Source: an uncultured Gammaproteobacteria bacterium
Lineage (GTDB): Bacteria > Patescibacteriota > Patescibacteriia > UBA9934
Assembly (NCBI GenBank): GCA_964452565.1
Contig: CAYVLY010000001.1
Span: forward strand, 451,053-515,052
Reading direction: 5' to 3'
Length of the DNA stretch: 64,000 nucleotides
Shown here piece by piece: positions 39,564 to 48,920 of the stretch. Each line of letters begins with the position of its first letter. Within the stretch, counting starts at the first letter, position 1. Both the position numbers and the translations under genes were made by a program. The notes under the pieces are model-generated. The model saw only the letters and a program-made list of their open reading frames with translations. It was not told the origin of the DNA and did not search any database.

Positions 39564-41099
39564 ATGCTAACACAAGAAGTTGTGATTGCTGCAGGGTTGG
39601 GAGTCTTTTTACTTGGAATTTTGATCGGTTACTTCCTTCGAAAAACCATAATGAAAGGCAAGGCGAAGTCTGTAGAGGCTCGCGCTGAAAAAATCCTACA
39701 CAAAGCAAAGTCACAAGAAAAAGAAATTCTTCTTCAAGCAAAGGAAAAGGCTATCAAGGCTCTTGAGGAAGGTAAGAAAGAAGCTGAGGCACGAAGACGC
39801 GAACTTCAATCTCAGCAATCACGTCTAGAAAATCGCGAAAACAAATTTGACCAACAGCTACTTGCACTTGAGGATCGAAAATCCAAGCTTGATGCTCAAC
39901 GCAAAGAAGTGGACCAAGTAAAAGCAAAGATTGATGAGATCAAGCATGAGCAGCTTGATAAACTTCAGAAGATTGCCGGTCTTACTCACGAGCAAGCTCG
40001 TGAAGAACTTTTGAATGCTATTGAGCAGGCAGAAAAAGAGACCCTACTCAATCGAATGCACAAGCTTGAGCAGGTTAGTGAAGAAGAAGTTGAGAAACGC
40101 GCAAAGTCAATTATCTCTTTGGCGGTGCAACGCTTTGCTGCAAGTCATGTTTCTGATGCAACAACAACAATGGTTGAACTTCCATCAGATGAAATGAAAG
40201 GACGCATCATTGGTAAGGAAGGTCGAAACATTAAAACTTTGGAGCGACTTACAGGTTGCGAGTTGATCATCGACGATACACCGGAGATGATTATGATTAG
40301 TGGATTCTCCCCTGTCCGACGTCAGGTTGCGAACCGTGCTCTTAAAGCACTTATTAAAGATGGTCGCATTCAACCAGCACGCATTGAAGACGCAGTGACT
40401 GAGGCCAAGAAGGGTCTTGCCAAGGAGATGAAAAAGGCTGGAGAAGATGCACTATACGAACTTGGGATCCCAGTTTCATCTATTGATCCAAAGTTGATTT
40501 CAATCTTGGGTCGACTCAGGTTCAGAACAAGTTATGGTCAGAATGTACTGCAGCACTCAATTGAGGTTGCCCGCATCTCTGGAATGCTTGCTGAAGAGCT
40601 TGGTGCAAATGTATTTGACTGTAAGAAGGGTGGTCTGTTCCATGACATTGGAAAGGCAGTTGATCACGACATGCAAGGTGCACACCCAGAGATCGGATAC
40701 AACATCATGAAAAAGTTTGGATTCCCTGAGGAGCTTTGTTACCAGTCAATCGCCCATCATGAGGACAAACCAAAAACTATCGAAGGTGTAATCGTCAAAG
40801 CAGCTGATGCTATTAGCGGAGCACGTCCTGGTGCACGTCGCAACACGCTCGAAGAGTACATTCAGCGACTCCAGAATCTTGAACAAACTGCTAGTGAATT
40901 TGAAGGAGTTGAAAAGGCTTATGCGATCCAAGCTGGACGAGAGGTTCGTGTATTTGTACAGCCTAATGAGGTTGATGAATACACTTCTGAGAACCTTGCT
41001 CGTGAGATTGCAAAGAAGATTGAATCAGAACTCACGTATCCTGGAGAAGTGCGCGTGACCGTGATTAGAGAGACGCGTGCAACCGAGTACGCTCGATAA
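39564..41099 (+). CDS. rny: Ribonuclease Y
   Basis: N-terminal TM, coiled coil, KH (MKGRIIGKEGRNI), HD (FHDIGKA). Confidence 0.98.
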   Translation: MLTQEVVIAAGLGVFLLGILIGYFLRKTIMKGKAKSVEARAEKILHKAKSQEKEILLQAKEKAIKALEEGKKEAEARRRELQSQQSRLENRENKFDQQLLALEDRKSKLDAQRKEVDQVKAKIDEIKHEQLDKLQKIAGLTHEQAREELLNAIEQAEKETLLNRMHKLEQVSEEEVEKRAKSIISLAVQRFAASHVSDATTTMVELPSDEMKGRIIGKEGRNIKTLERLTGCELIIDDTPEMIMISGFSPVRRQVANRALKALIKDGRIQPARIEDAVTEAKKGLAKEMKKAGEDALYELGIPVSSIDPKLISILGRLRFRTSYGQNVLQHSIEVARISGMLAEELGANVFDCKKGGLFHDIGKAVDHDMQGAHPEIGYNIMKKFGFPEELCYQSIAHHEDKPKTIEGVIVKAADAISGARPGARRNTLEEYIQRLQNLEQTASEFEGVEKAYAIQAGREVRVFVQPNEVDEYTSENLAREIAKKIESELTYPGEVRVTVIRETRATEYAR

Positions 41100-41106
41100 A
41101 CTAGAT

Positions 41107-41202
41107 TCCCCCTCCTTCGAAAGGAGGGGTTAGGGGAGGTCCATTAGCTCTAATTAATTCGATCAAAACCCCCTCCATCTCCCCCTTCGAAAGGGGGAGG
41201 GG
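41107..41202. repeat. REP-like inverted doublet, family B
   Basis: cccctccttcgaaaggaggggttaggggagg ... ccccctccatctcccccttcgaaagggggagggg; third copy in frame in truB 39094-39129. Confidence 0.85.
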
Positions 41203-41273
41203 CAAAACGGGCCTTGAACAAAATCGCCAATCTTGGTATTATATCTATTGAAAACTAGTAATAAAGATCATTT

Positions 41274-41672
41274 ATGAATAAAGCTACACTTGCTCTCAAG
41301 ATTTCAGAACGATTGAATATTCCAAAAAAGGATGCAGAAGACTTCATTGCGATGTTTCAAGAAGTTGTAATTGATGCTCTAAGGCGTGACGAGGAAGTAA
41401 CAATCGCAGGTTTTGGAACATTCTCATCTCGTGTTCGACATGCTCGCAAAGGCGTGAACCCACGAAAGCCAAATGAAATGATTGATGTACCTGCAGTAAA
41501 AGTTCCAAAGTTCAAAGCTGGAAAGCGACTCAAGGATGATTTGAAGGCAAGTATGGCAAGTTCAGCTCCTTCGGAAGAGCCAGAGCCAAAGCCAGAACCA
41601 GCTGCACCTGCACCAGAAACACCAGCTGAAGAGACTCCGGCACCAACGCCAGAAACACCAGCGGCTGAGTAA
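41274..41672 (+). CDS. hup: HU-family DNA-binding protein with P/A/E-rich tail
   Basis: IAGFGTF, RKGVNPR, VPKFKAGKRLK. Confidence 0.95.
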   Translation: MNKATLALKISERLNIPKKDAEDFIAMFQEVVIDALRRDEEVTIAGFGTFSSRVRHARKGVNPRKPNEMIDVPAVKVPKFKAGKRLKDDLKASMASSAPSEEPEPKPEPAAPAPETPAEETPAPTPETPAAE

Positions 41673-41777
41673 TGTCAAAATAAAAAAGAACTGATCCTCG
41701 CGATCGGTTCTTTTGTTTCTAGAAACACGAATCCGCGCTGCATCGCAGCGCGGGAGAAAAGATCTGGTGCCGCCAAA

Positions 41778-42233
41778 CTATGGCTCCAGATGCGTGGTGG
41801 TGTCTCGAAACTCTGCCCTACAACTTCTCTTGGCCCTCCTGTTTGCCCGTCTGATCTGGTGCAGCGGCCAATCCGGGTCCTCCAACCTTACGTAGGTGTA
41901 ATTCACCTCTGGCAGCCCTGGCCACAGATTGCACCACTCCAACCACCCAGCCAGATGGAGGTCTTGTCTTTCAATATAGAAATCTACTCGATTCCTTCCA
42001 GAATCCGGAGTGTCGTCAAGTCGGATGGTATAGCCCTCATATATGAACACTACCGTATCCTTTCTTTCAGACGTACCGTGCCACCTGTAGTCAACGTGTT
42101 CCACGTAGCTCGAGCCAGGCACTGAGAAATGTATGCTCATTGGCATGACCGTGTTGTCACCCTCAGCAGAGACGGTCGGGGAAAGCAGAAGGATGTAACA
42201 GGAAATGAAGAGGGAGAGGAGACGACGAGGCAT
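41778..42233 (-). CDS. Secreted orphan protein
   Basis: Signal peptide MPRRLLSLFISCYILLLSPTVSA; purine-rich SD. Confidence 0.7.
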   Translation of the reverse strand: MPRRLLSLFISCYILLLSPTVSAEGDNTVMPMSIHFSVPGSSYVEHVDYRWHGTSERKDTVVFIYEGYTIRLDDTPDSGRNRVDFYIERQDLHLAGWLEWCNLWPGLPEVNYTYVRLEDPDWPLHQIRRANRRAKRSCRAEFRDTTTHLEP

Positions 42234-42374
42234 GGTAACGCCCCTTTCATGTTCGAACACATCACAAGTGAGGCTGATCCTCATTCGCGACTAAATAAAG
42301 GTAACAGGAAAATCGGCTTATGTAAATCGTTACAGCACAAACTCCGCCGCGTTCTCGGAACGGGCGGAGTTAGG

Positions 42375-43547
42375 CTACACCTTTGGTCTAAATCTGTATA
42401 GCACAGCGCATGCGCTCAAGATTGCCACACTGGTACCAAGCCAGAGCCAAGGGATTACGGATATATCAGATCCAAGTACCTTGAATACTCCGGTTAGCGT
42501 CAACTGCACCGCAACAAGTCCAAAGAGTCCAAGAAAGGATTGCAACGATCCGTAAGTCGCACGATATGCAGAGTCGACTCGCTGCTGCACGTAGGTCTCA
42601 AGATATGGCGTCACCATACCGCGACCGAATTCGTGCACAGCAATCAAGATAACCCATATTACACCACTGCCTGTGGTCCAAACAAATGCCATTGCAACTG
42701 CGACTAGTACAAGCGCCTTGATGGTTCGAATTGCAAGGTGGTTGCGAGCAGACTCTTCATCATTGCCCTGCTTGCGAACAATGAGCCCTGCAATCACGCA
42801 GCAAACGTACATAATGATCCAAATCCATCCAAGTTCAATCTGAGAGAACTGCGTGATCATTAGTGGTGCCCAAAACAAGTTATAAGCACCAAAGAACCCA
42901 GTAGCCAAGTTCACGCCAAGTGCCCAGCGCATGGATCGTGATCCACGCAAGTGCGCAGTAGCATGCTTGAGGGCCTCAAACTCACTCATAGTATGTTCAG
43001 GCTCGCGCCCGCGCATGAAGATCCAGGCGAACACCATAGCAACAATGTACCAAACAGCGCACAAAAGGAACACAAGGCTACGATCAGACCAAGTTACGAG
43101 GTATACACCACAAAGGGTACCTATTGCCGTTGCCACTCCATCCATGATAGTCCTGTTTGCATAAACTTTTTGCAAAGGAATATCACGATCTGGTGCGTCA
43201 GCAATCCAGGCCGTCAAGGCTCCAGTAAAGAATGCTGAGCCTACGGCCCAAAGAGCTTCGGCTAGTAGCGCCGTCCAAAATCCTTGAGCTAGCCATAACG
43301 CAACACCCGCAAGGGCCGTAAAGAGCGCTCCTCCCATTACGGAATACCCTCTGCCGCGTCCATCGGCAAGCATGCCGGTTGGAAGCTCAAAAAAGATCAG
43401 GAAGACAAAGAACAGTGCATTGATCAGAGTTACCTGACTGTAGCTCAAACCAATATCCAAAAGATAGAGCACATAGATCGAACTAATCGATCCCATACCC
43501 AGTCTCGTGAGGAAAGTGAAGATGTAGAACGCTTTTGTTGAGCGCAT
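42375..43547 (-). CDS. MFS transporter (efflux-like)
   Basis: FELPTGMLADGRGR motif A, ~12 TM, YRATYGS; AAGGAGG SD. Confidence 0.92.
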   Translation of the reverse strand: MRSTKAFYIFTFLTRLGMGSISSIYVLYLLDIGLSYSQVTLINALFFVFLIFFELPTGMLADGRGRGYSVMGGALFTALAGVALWLAQGFWTALLAEALWAVGSAFFTGALTAWIADAPDRDIPLQKVYANRTIMDGVATAIGTLCGVYLVTWSDRSLVFLLCAVWYIVAMVFAWIFMRGREPEHTMSEFEALKHATAHLRGSRSMRWALGVNLATGFFGAYNLFWAPLMITQFSQIELGWIWIIMYVCCVIAGLIVRKQGNDEESARNHLAIRTIKALVLVAVAMAFVWTTGSGVIWVILIAVHEFGRGMVTPYLETYVQQRVDSAYRATYGSLQSFLGLFGLVAVQLTLTGVFKVLGSDISVIPWLWLGTSVAILSACAVLYRFRPKV

Positions 43548-43575
43548 AGAAGCCTCCTTCGCTTAAAGCGATGGA

Positions 43576-43694
43576 TTGCTTTTGTAGTTGGATGCAGTAC
43601 TAGGAGAAATCGAGCAATTTGCGAGACGTACTAGAGCGTACGACGAGCAAAGAGCGGAGATTTCGACAACGTAATGCGCCAGCTACAGAAGCAA
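43576..43694. repeat. ~120-bp palindromic (MITE/REP-like) element between attenuator and MFS gene
   Basis: Terminal IR ttgcttttgtagttgg / ccagctacagaagcaa with nested gaaatc/gatttc and cgtac/gtacg. Confidence 0.7.
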
Positions 43695-43703
43695 GATGAA
43701 TTA

Positions 43704-43730
43704 GAATAACCCGGGTTTACCGGGTTATTC
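43704..43730 (-). terminator. Hairpin downstream of leader ORF (candidate attenuator terminator)
   Basis: GAATAACCCGG-TAAAC-CCGGGTTATTC. Confidence 0.6.
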
Positions 43731-43758
43731 CTACGCTCAAAATGTAAAAATCAATATA

Positions 43759-43863
43759 TTAATTCATTAAACGCATATTAAACCCGGCAAACAAAAGTCC
43801 TGCCCCAACAGAGATACCTGTAGGTAGCGCGAACTTCATGTGATTTCGGGTTAGATATTCCAT
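43759..43863 (-). CDS. Putative 34-aa leader peptide of MFS gene
   Basis: MEYLTRNHMKFALPTGISVGAGLLFAGFNMRLMN; immediately follows TTGACA-17-TAAATT promoter. Confidence 0.5.
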   Translation of the reverse strand: MEYLTRNHMKFALPTGISVGAGLLFAGFNMRLMN

Positions 43864-43942
43864 AACTGTATAAATTTACCGGGATTTAAGAACCATGTCA
43901 AGTGCCGATCTTATAACAAGAGATATGTTAAAATAGACAAAT

Positions 43943-44944
43943 ATGAAACTAGGAATGAAGATAATCTGTTTTCTCACACTGCTAGCAGCTCTGACATTAG
44001 TCCTTATGGTTATTTGGCTAACCACTCAAAATGATACAACGTGGCAGGAATTGACATACGAGGAATACCAGGAAGAGGATAAAGAAGAAGCATGGAGCCT
44101 TGTGAATAATGTACTTGAGATAAGCAATAATGAGGGTAGTATCTTAATGGCCGACGTGATACTTCTGGATGATGGGTCTTACCGGATGTACTACGCAATT
44201 CGTTCGCAGGATGAATCAAGTATACGATTTGCTAATTCCGAAGATGGTATCAATTGGGAAGATGGTGAGGTGATTATACAAGGGAGCGCTGACGCTACTG
44301 CGCAGGATTTCACTCTTGGCGGCCCGAGTGTCATAAAGCTTAACGATGGACGCTATAGGATGTACTACAGCGCAACACCTAAGCAAGAGGATGATCACGA
44401 GCACCCAAACTCGGTTATATTAAGTGCAGTATCTGAAGATGGCATTCATTTTGATGTTGAAGACGGCATTCGAATGGATACTAATAAAAATGACAGTGAT
44501 GCAGAAATACAATTTGCAGGGCATGGTCAATTTTTCATAAATAACGACGATCTATTTGTTGCCGTGATATCTGCAAATAAACTTGATGATGACGGGCCTA
44601 GCGACCTTATGTTATTCATATCTGAAGATGGACTTGATTGGGAGTATGAAAAAACGCTTTTTGCAGATTGGCACGATCCAGTTATTGTTTACCACAATGG
44701 CGTGTACAAAATGTATGCGACTTATTTGAAAGAATGGCAAGGAATAGCAATGTCTACGGACGGTCTATCTTGGTCAATAGAGATGAGTTCAGTGAAAATA
44801 CAAAATCAAGAAGGTATAACTCTAATAGATAATGAACTAGGCGGCGGTGACATAGGCGCAGTAGTTACAAAAGAAGATGACATTCTGTTATATACCAACT
44901 TTGGAAAACCATCATCAAGTATTGCAGTATTTCAAAAAGACTAG
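43943..44944 (+). CDS. Membrane-anchored beta-propeller protein (glycosidase/sialidase-like)
   Basis: N-terminal TM; repeated YRMYY and Asp-box-like SEDGINW/SEDGIHF/SEDGLDW/STDGLSW. Confidence 0.8.
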   Translation: MKLGMKIICFLTLLAALTLVLMVIWLTTQNDTTWQELTYEEYQEEDKEEAWSLVNNVLEISNNEGSILMADVILLDDGSYRMYYAIRSQDESSIRFANSEDGINWEDGEVIIQGSADATAQDFTLGGPSVIKLNDGRYRMYYSATPKQEDDHEHPNSVILSAVSEDGIHFDVEDGIRMDTNKNDSDAEIQFAGHGQFFINNDDLFVAVISANKLDDDGPSDLMLFISEDGLDWEYEKTLFADWHDPVIVYHNGVYKMYATYLKEWQGIAMSTDGLSWSIEMSSVKIQNQEGITLIDNELGGGDIGAVVTKEDDILLYTNFGKPSSSIAVFQKD

Positions 44945-44973
44945 ACCATAATTAAAAAACCAGCCCCACCCCA

Positions 44974-45036
44974 TCACCATCCCGAACGAAGTGAGGGATC
45001 TTCTTGAGAAGACCTCTCGCTATGCTCGAGGTGGTG
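44974..45036. repeat. REP-like hairpin (family A-related) inside terminator loop
   Basis: tcaccatcccgaacgaagtgagggatcttcttgagaagacctctcgctatgctcgaggtggtg between aaccagcc / ggctggtt; similar element at 57541-57610. Confidence 0.7.
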
Positions 45037-45077
45037 TGAGGGAGGCTGGTTCTTTAATATATGTTTTGAATTCTGTA

Positions 45078-46349
45078 TTACTCCTTGACCCAACCTGCGA
45101 CCTCTTTGACAGCACCCTCGATTTTCACGAATCGCATGTCATCAGACGCACGTTCCTTCCACTCAACCGAATCGTCTGCAAGGGTTTTTTCTGATACAAC
45201 CAATCGGATCGGGAGACCGATTAGATCAGCATCGGCAAACTTTTCACCAAAAGACTGATCGATCCGATCGTTCCAAAGAACTTCGACTCCTGCCTTTTGA
45301 AGGTCGCCATAGAGAGATTCAGATACTGAATCGATTCGACCCTGAACAGTTTCATCTTTCGAAGCTAACGACACGATATGGACAGTAAATGGCGCAACGC
45401 TCTTTGGCCAGATTATTCCCTTGTCGTCATGACTTGCCTCAACGATAGCTCCCATTGTTCTTGATGGCCCAATACCATAACATCCCATCATCACCGGCTT
45501 CTCTTCCCCATCCTCATCTGTATATGTGTAGTCAAATGCTTCCGAGTACTTAGTTTTGAGTGGAAAAATATTACCAACTTCGATTGCTTTAACTTCTTTA
45601 ACCTTTCCAGATCCTTTGGGAGCATCATCTCCATCTTTCATGTCTGGGAACAACTCATCATTCCAAGCATAGTCTCCTGCTTCATTCACATAGATTGTAT
45701 CCTCACCGCTCTCTGTGGGCATTTGGAATTCATGACTCCACTTTGAGAAAGATCCACCTGAAGCTTCTGTGACGATTGCATTAATTCCACATCTTTCGAA
45801 AACATTCTTATATGCCTCAAGTGCCTTTTGATAATACGCTTCCATATCCTCTTCTGATGTGTGGAAACTATAGAGATCCTTCATGTTGAACTCGCGACCA
45901 CGAAGGATTCCTGCCTTACACCGAAGCTCGTTCCTAAACTTATCCTGAATCTGATAAACAGCAAATGGAAAATCTTTGTATGAGCGTGCGAACTTCTTAG
46001 CTAGCGGTGTCACGATCTCTTCGTGTGTTGCACCAAGTGCATATTCTTTGTCCCCAGCTCCATCAAGCTTAAACAAAACATCAAGCCCATCCCAGCGTCC
46101 TGTTGCCTGCCAATTCTCTTTTGGAGCAAGCGCAGGCATAAGAATCTCCTGTCCACCAATTGCGTTCATCTCCTCGCGAACAATGTTTTGAATCTTACCC
46201 AACACACGGAGACCAAGTGGCAAGTAAGTGTAGACACCTGACATGACTTGATCAACAAAACCAGCCTGCACTAGAAAGCGTGCATTTGCGCTGTCGGCAT
46301 CTGCTGGAACCTGCTTAGAGGTTTTTGTAAATAACTGAGACTGCTTCAT
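45078..46349 (-). CDS. proS: Proline--tRNA ligase (short form lacking INS editing domain)
   Basis: GVYTYLPLG, GATHEE, KFRNELR, IEVGNIF, MGCYGIG; 423 aa. Confidence 0.97.
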   Translation of the reverse strand: MKQSQLFTKTSKQVPADADSANARFLVQAGFVDQVMSGVYTYLPLGLRVLGKIQNIVREEMNAIGGQEILMPALAPKENWQATGRWDGLDVLFKLDGAGDKEYALGATHEEIVTPLAKKFARSYKDFPFAVYQIQDKFRNELRCKAGILRGREFNMKDLYSFHTSEEDMEAYYQKALEAYKNVFERCGINAIVTEASGGSFSKWSHEFQMPTESGEDTIYVNEAGDYAWNDELFPDMKDGDDAPKGSGKVKEVKAIEVGNIFPLKTKYSEAFDYTYTDEDGEEKPVMMGCYGIGPSRTMGAIVEASHDDKGIIWPKSVAPFTVHIVSLASKDETVQGRIDSVSESLYGDLQKAGVEVLWNDRIDQSFGEKFADADLIGLPIRLVVSEKTLADDSVEWKERASDDMRFVKIEGAVKEVAGWVKE

Positions 46350-46450
46350 ACAAAATCGAATTAATTCTTATACAGACTACCGTTTTTGAACCAAAACCGC
46401 AAACAGCAAACAAAAAAGCACATGTAATCCATGCGCCTTTTTCTCATTAT

Positions 46451-46654
46451 TTAACCAATATACTCTCCCACGAAATGTCCGGCAATTAATAATACTCCGA
46501 TAAAGAAAATTGTGAGTACTACATTCACTGCAGCCTGAGCGATCTTATCGTCGCGTGCGAAAGAAAAGAAAATCACTAAGGCAAAACCAAGAATAAGCGC
46601 CGCTGGCACAACAGTGAGGACAATTCCTACAAATAAAATCATTGACATATTCAT
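46451..46654 (-). CDS. Small 2-TM membrane protein
   Basis: Two hydrophobic helices, 67 aa, TTGACA promoter upstream. Confidence 0.7.
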   Translation of the reverse strand: MNMSMILFVGIVLTVVPAALILGFALVIFFSFARDDKIAQAAVNVVLTIFFIGVLLIAGHFVGEYIG

Positions 46655-46758
46655 AACTTGAGTATAACAGACTAGCCTGAATTGGGTGAGATGTCAAGAA
46701 ATGCAAACCGCCTCCCATGAGGAGCATCCTCATTGGAAGGCGTGCAAGAAAGGCCGGG

Positions 46759-46989
46759 TCAGGCCACAGATATTACCCCAGATGGGACAACAACGAACAC
46801 GGTGCCAAGTCGCAAGATCCTGACTTTGCGTCGTCGCTTATAGCCCCTCCTGGGCTGTGGTCTTCTGTCACTGTAAGAGTCCCAGGCCGTGTGGCCATAA
46901 GTGGGACAGCTCATTGGTGGTGGGATTTGCACCCCAAGTGGTGCCAGACCTCCGGCGCCACAGTACTTCAGTGTTGCGAGTTGCGGCAT
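46759..46989 (-). CDS. Small basic protein, GAGGLAPLGVxIPPP family copy 2
   Basis: AAGGAG SD, TATAAT at 47095-47100, hairpin after TGA; paralog of 12356-12598. Confidence 0.75.
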   Translation of the reverse strand: MPQLATLKYCGAGGLAPLGVQIPPPMSCPTYGHTAWDSYSDRRPQPRRGYKRRRKVRILRLGTVFVVVPSGVISVA

Positions 46990-47185
46990 TTTAGACTCCT
47001 TTGGGTTAGAAGTCCGAAATCGCTGACTCGGCGTTTTACCCCTTGTGTTTTAATTCCAGCATCTCTGCTAGAATCTGACCCGGTAACACTATCCATTATA
47101 TCGATGTATCTTGAACTCATAAAATAGATGTGTGGGTAGAAAAATGAAAAACAAAAAAACCTTAGGCAAAAACCTAGGGCTTTTT

Positions 47186-47203
47186 TGGTACACCGGGTGG
47201 GAC
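47186..47203 (-). repeat. Duplicated 3' end of tRNA-Lys (att-like direct repeat)
   Basis: tggtacaccgggtgggac identical to 47351-47368. Confidence 0.9.
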
Positions 47204-47350
47204 GTCGGCCTTCGGCCTCCCAGCCTGCGTCGCTCGGAAATGCCCGAGCTCAGCTCGGTCACTTCTCTCGCTATCCTTAGCTGAACGAACCTGTACTGTG
47301 GGTTCTCGTCCTCCGCATCAAAAGAACCGCAGACGAATCTACGGTTCTTT

Positions 47351-47427
47351 TGGTACACCGGGTGGGACTCGAACCCACGACCCACTGATTAAGAGTCAGT
47401 TGCTCTAACCAACTGAGCTACCGGTGC
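47351..47427 (-). tRNA. tRNA-Lys(CTT)
   Basis: GCACCGG...ACTGA-CTCTTAA-TCAGT...GTTCGAGTC...CCGGTGT-A-CCA. Confidence 0.97.
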
Positions 47428-47428
47428 C

Positions 47429-47505
47429 TGGCGCGGCGTGAGGGATTCGAACCCCCGACCTACTGGTCCGAAGCCAGTCGCTCTATCCAGCTGAGCTAAC
47501 GCCGC
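47429..47505 (-). tRNA. tRNA-Arg(TCG)
   Basis: GCGGCGT...ACTGG-CTTCGGA-CCAGT...GTTCGAATC...ACGCCGC-G-CCA. Confidence 0.97.
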
Positions 47506-47598
47506 ATTGCAGCGAAATAATACGCCAATTTTCATAATAAGTCAAGACAAAACCCCTGAGTTTATCAGGGGTTTATTGATCTTATTATCGGCCGGTTG

Positions 47599-48294
47599 CT
47601 ACCAGCCCTTTGCCTCTAATGCCTTTGCCGCTGAATCAATCTGCGCCTCTTGTTTTGATGTTCCCTCTCCTTCCGCCACTAACTCTTTGCCTAAATATGC
47701 ACCGATTCGGAATAGCTTTTTATGATCTGGTCCAGATTCCTCAAGTACTCTGTAACTTGGCGTAATCGACATACGCGCCTGTGACTCTTCTTGAAACAAG
47801 CTCTTCGGATCAATGTAGAGCTTCTTCTCCAAAATCTCTGGCAATGTTGCGATAATAAACTTTGTTACAAACTTCTTTGCCTCATCCCATCCAAAATCTA
47901 GATAGACAGATCCAATTATTGATTCCATTGAGTTTGCCAAAATGTAATTGCGTGACTTCTCATTCTTATCCTGAGACTCTCCTTTGGATAGATATAACTG
48001 CTCTTCAACATCAAGTGTGCGTGCGACCTTTGCGAGATTCTGACCGTTAACCAAAGCTGCCCGATAGTTTGTAAGCTCGCCTTCAGGGTTATCAAAGGTC
48101 TCAAACAAATACTCAGTCACCACAAGTTCAAGCACTGCATCTCCCAAAAACTCAAGCCGTTCATTGTGGCCCAATGGAAAATCTGCGTGCTCGTTCAAAT
48201 ATGATCGGTGAACAAGTGCCTGCTTAAGATGTCCTTCTTCTAAATACTTAATGCCAAGCGTTTTGGCAAAAGCTTCTAGTTTTTTATCACTCAT
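47599..48294 (-). CDS. rnc: Ribonuclease III
   Basis: HNERLEFLGDAVL, dsRBD GPDH...GEGTSKQEAQ. Confidence 0.98.
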   Translation of the reverse strand: MSDKKLEAFAKTLGIKYLEEGHLKQALVHRSYLNEHADFPLGHNERLEFLGDAVLELVVTEYLFETFDNPEGELTNYRAALVNGQNLAKVARTLDVEEQLYLSKGESQDKNEKSRNYILANSMESIIGSVYLDFGWDEAKKFVTKFIIATLPEILEKKLYIDPKSLFQEESQARMSITPSYRVLEESGPDHKKLFRIGAYLGKELVAEGEGTSKQEAQIDSAAKALEAKGW

Positions 48295-48296
48295 AA

Positions 48297-48818
48297 TTAT
48301 TCTTTACTGGGTTCTGTAGTCTGTGTTCTGGATTCTGTTTTTGGCTTTGATCCTGACTCTGGCTCGTGAGATGTTTCTTTATCAACATCTTTAGTCTCAC
48401 CTTTTGCAACCATGTCGCGGAACATTGCCCCTAAAACACCGTTTACAAACTTACCTGATGCATCTCCTCCAAATGCTTTTCCAAGTTCGATTGCCTCATT
48501 AATCGCAACCTTGGCTGGGATCTTCTGATCAAACCTTAACTCATAAACCCCAAGGCGCAAAATGTTACGATCCGTGTTGGTCATCTCAGAAACCGGCCAC
48601 TCTGGAGCAAACTCAGTTAGTAGAGCATCAATGTCCTCAACATGATCGACAACATTACGGACTTGATTGCCAATATAACCCTCGTCATCAAAATCTGGGG
48701 CAAACTCTGTCTTTACATGATCGATAACATCATCAAGACGTTTTGAATCCTGTCCCTGAAAATCCCATTCAAACAAACACTGCATCACAGTTGTACGTGC
48801 TAGGTGTCGATTAGACAT
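48297..48818 (-). CDS. nusB: Transcription antitermination factor NusB
   Basis: DRNILRLG, VAINEAIELGK, FVNGVL. Confidence 0.97.
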   Translation of the reverse strand: MSNRHLARTTVMQCLFEWDFQGQDSKRLDDVIDHVKTEFAPDFDDEGYIGNQVRNVVDHVEDIDALLTEFAPEWPVSEMTNTDRNILRLGVYELRFDQKIPAKVAINEAIELGKAFGGDASGKFVNGVLGAMFRDMVAKGETKDVDKETSHEPESGSKPKTESRTQTTEPSKE

Positions 48819-48920
48819 AAAAGTACTTCAAATGATTAACGCTACTAGTATAACCGATCGAGGGGTCTATAGCCACCACAATACACTCAGGTGAATCGAA
48901 AAGACAGGACTCTTACCTGT

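Noticed and set aside
47089-47385. 98-aa ORF with repeated SHPVYQK
   Set aside because: Translation of the tRNA-Lys 3' end and its duplication
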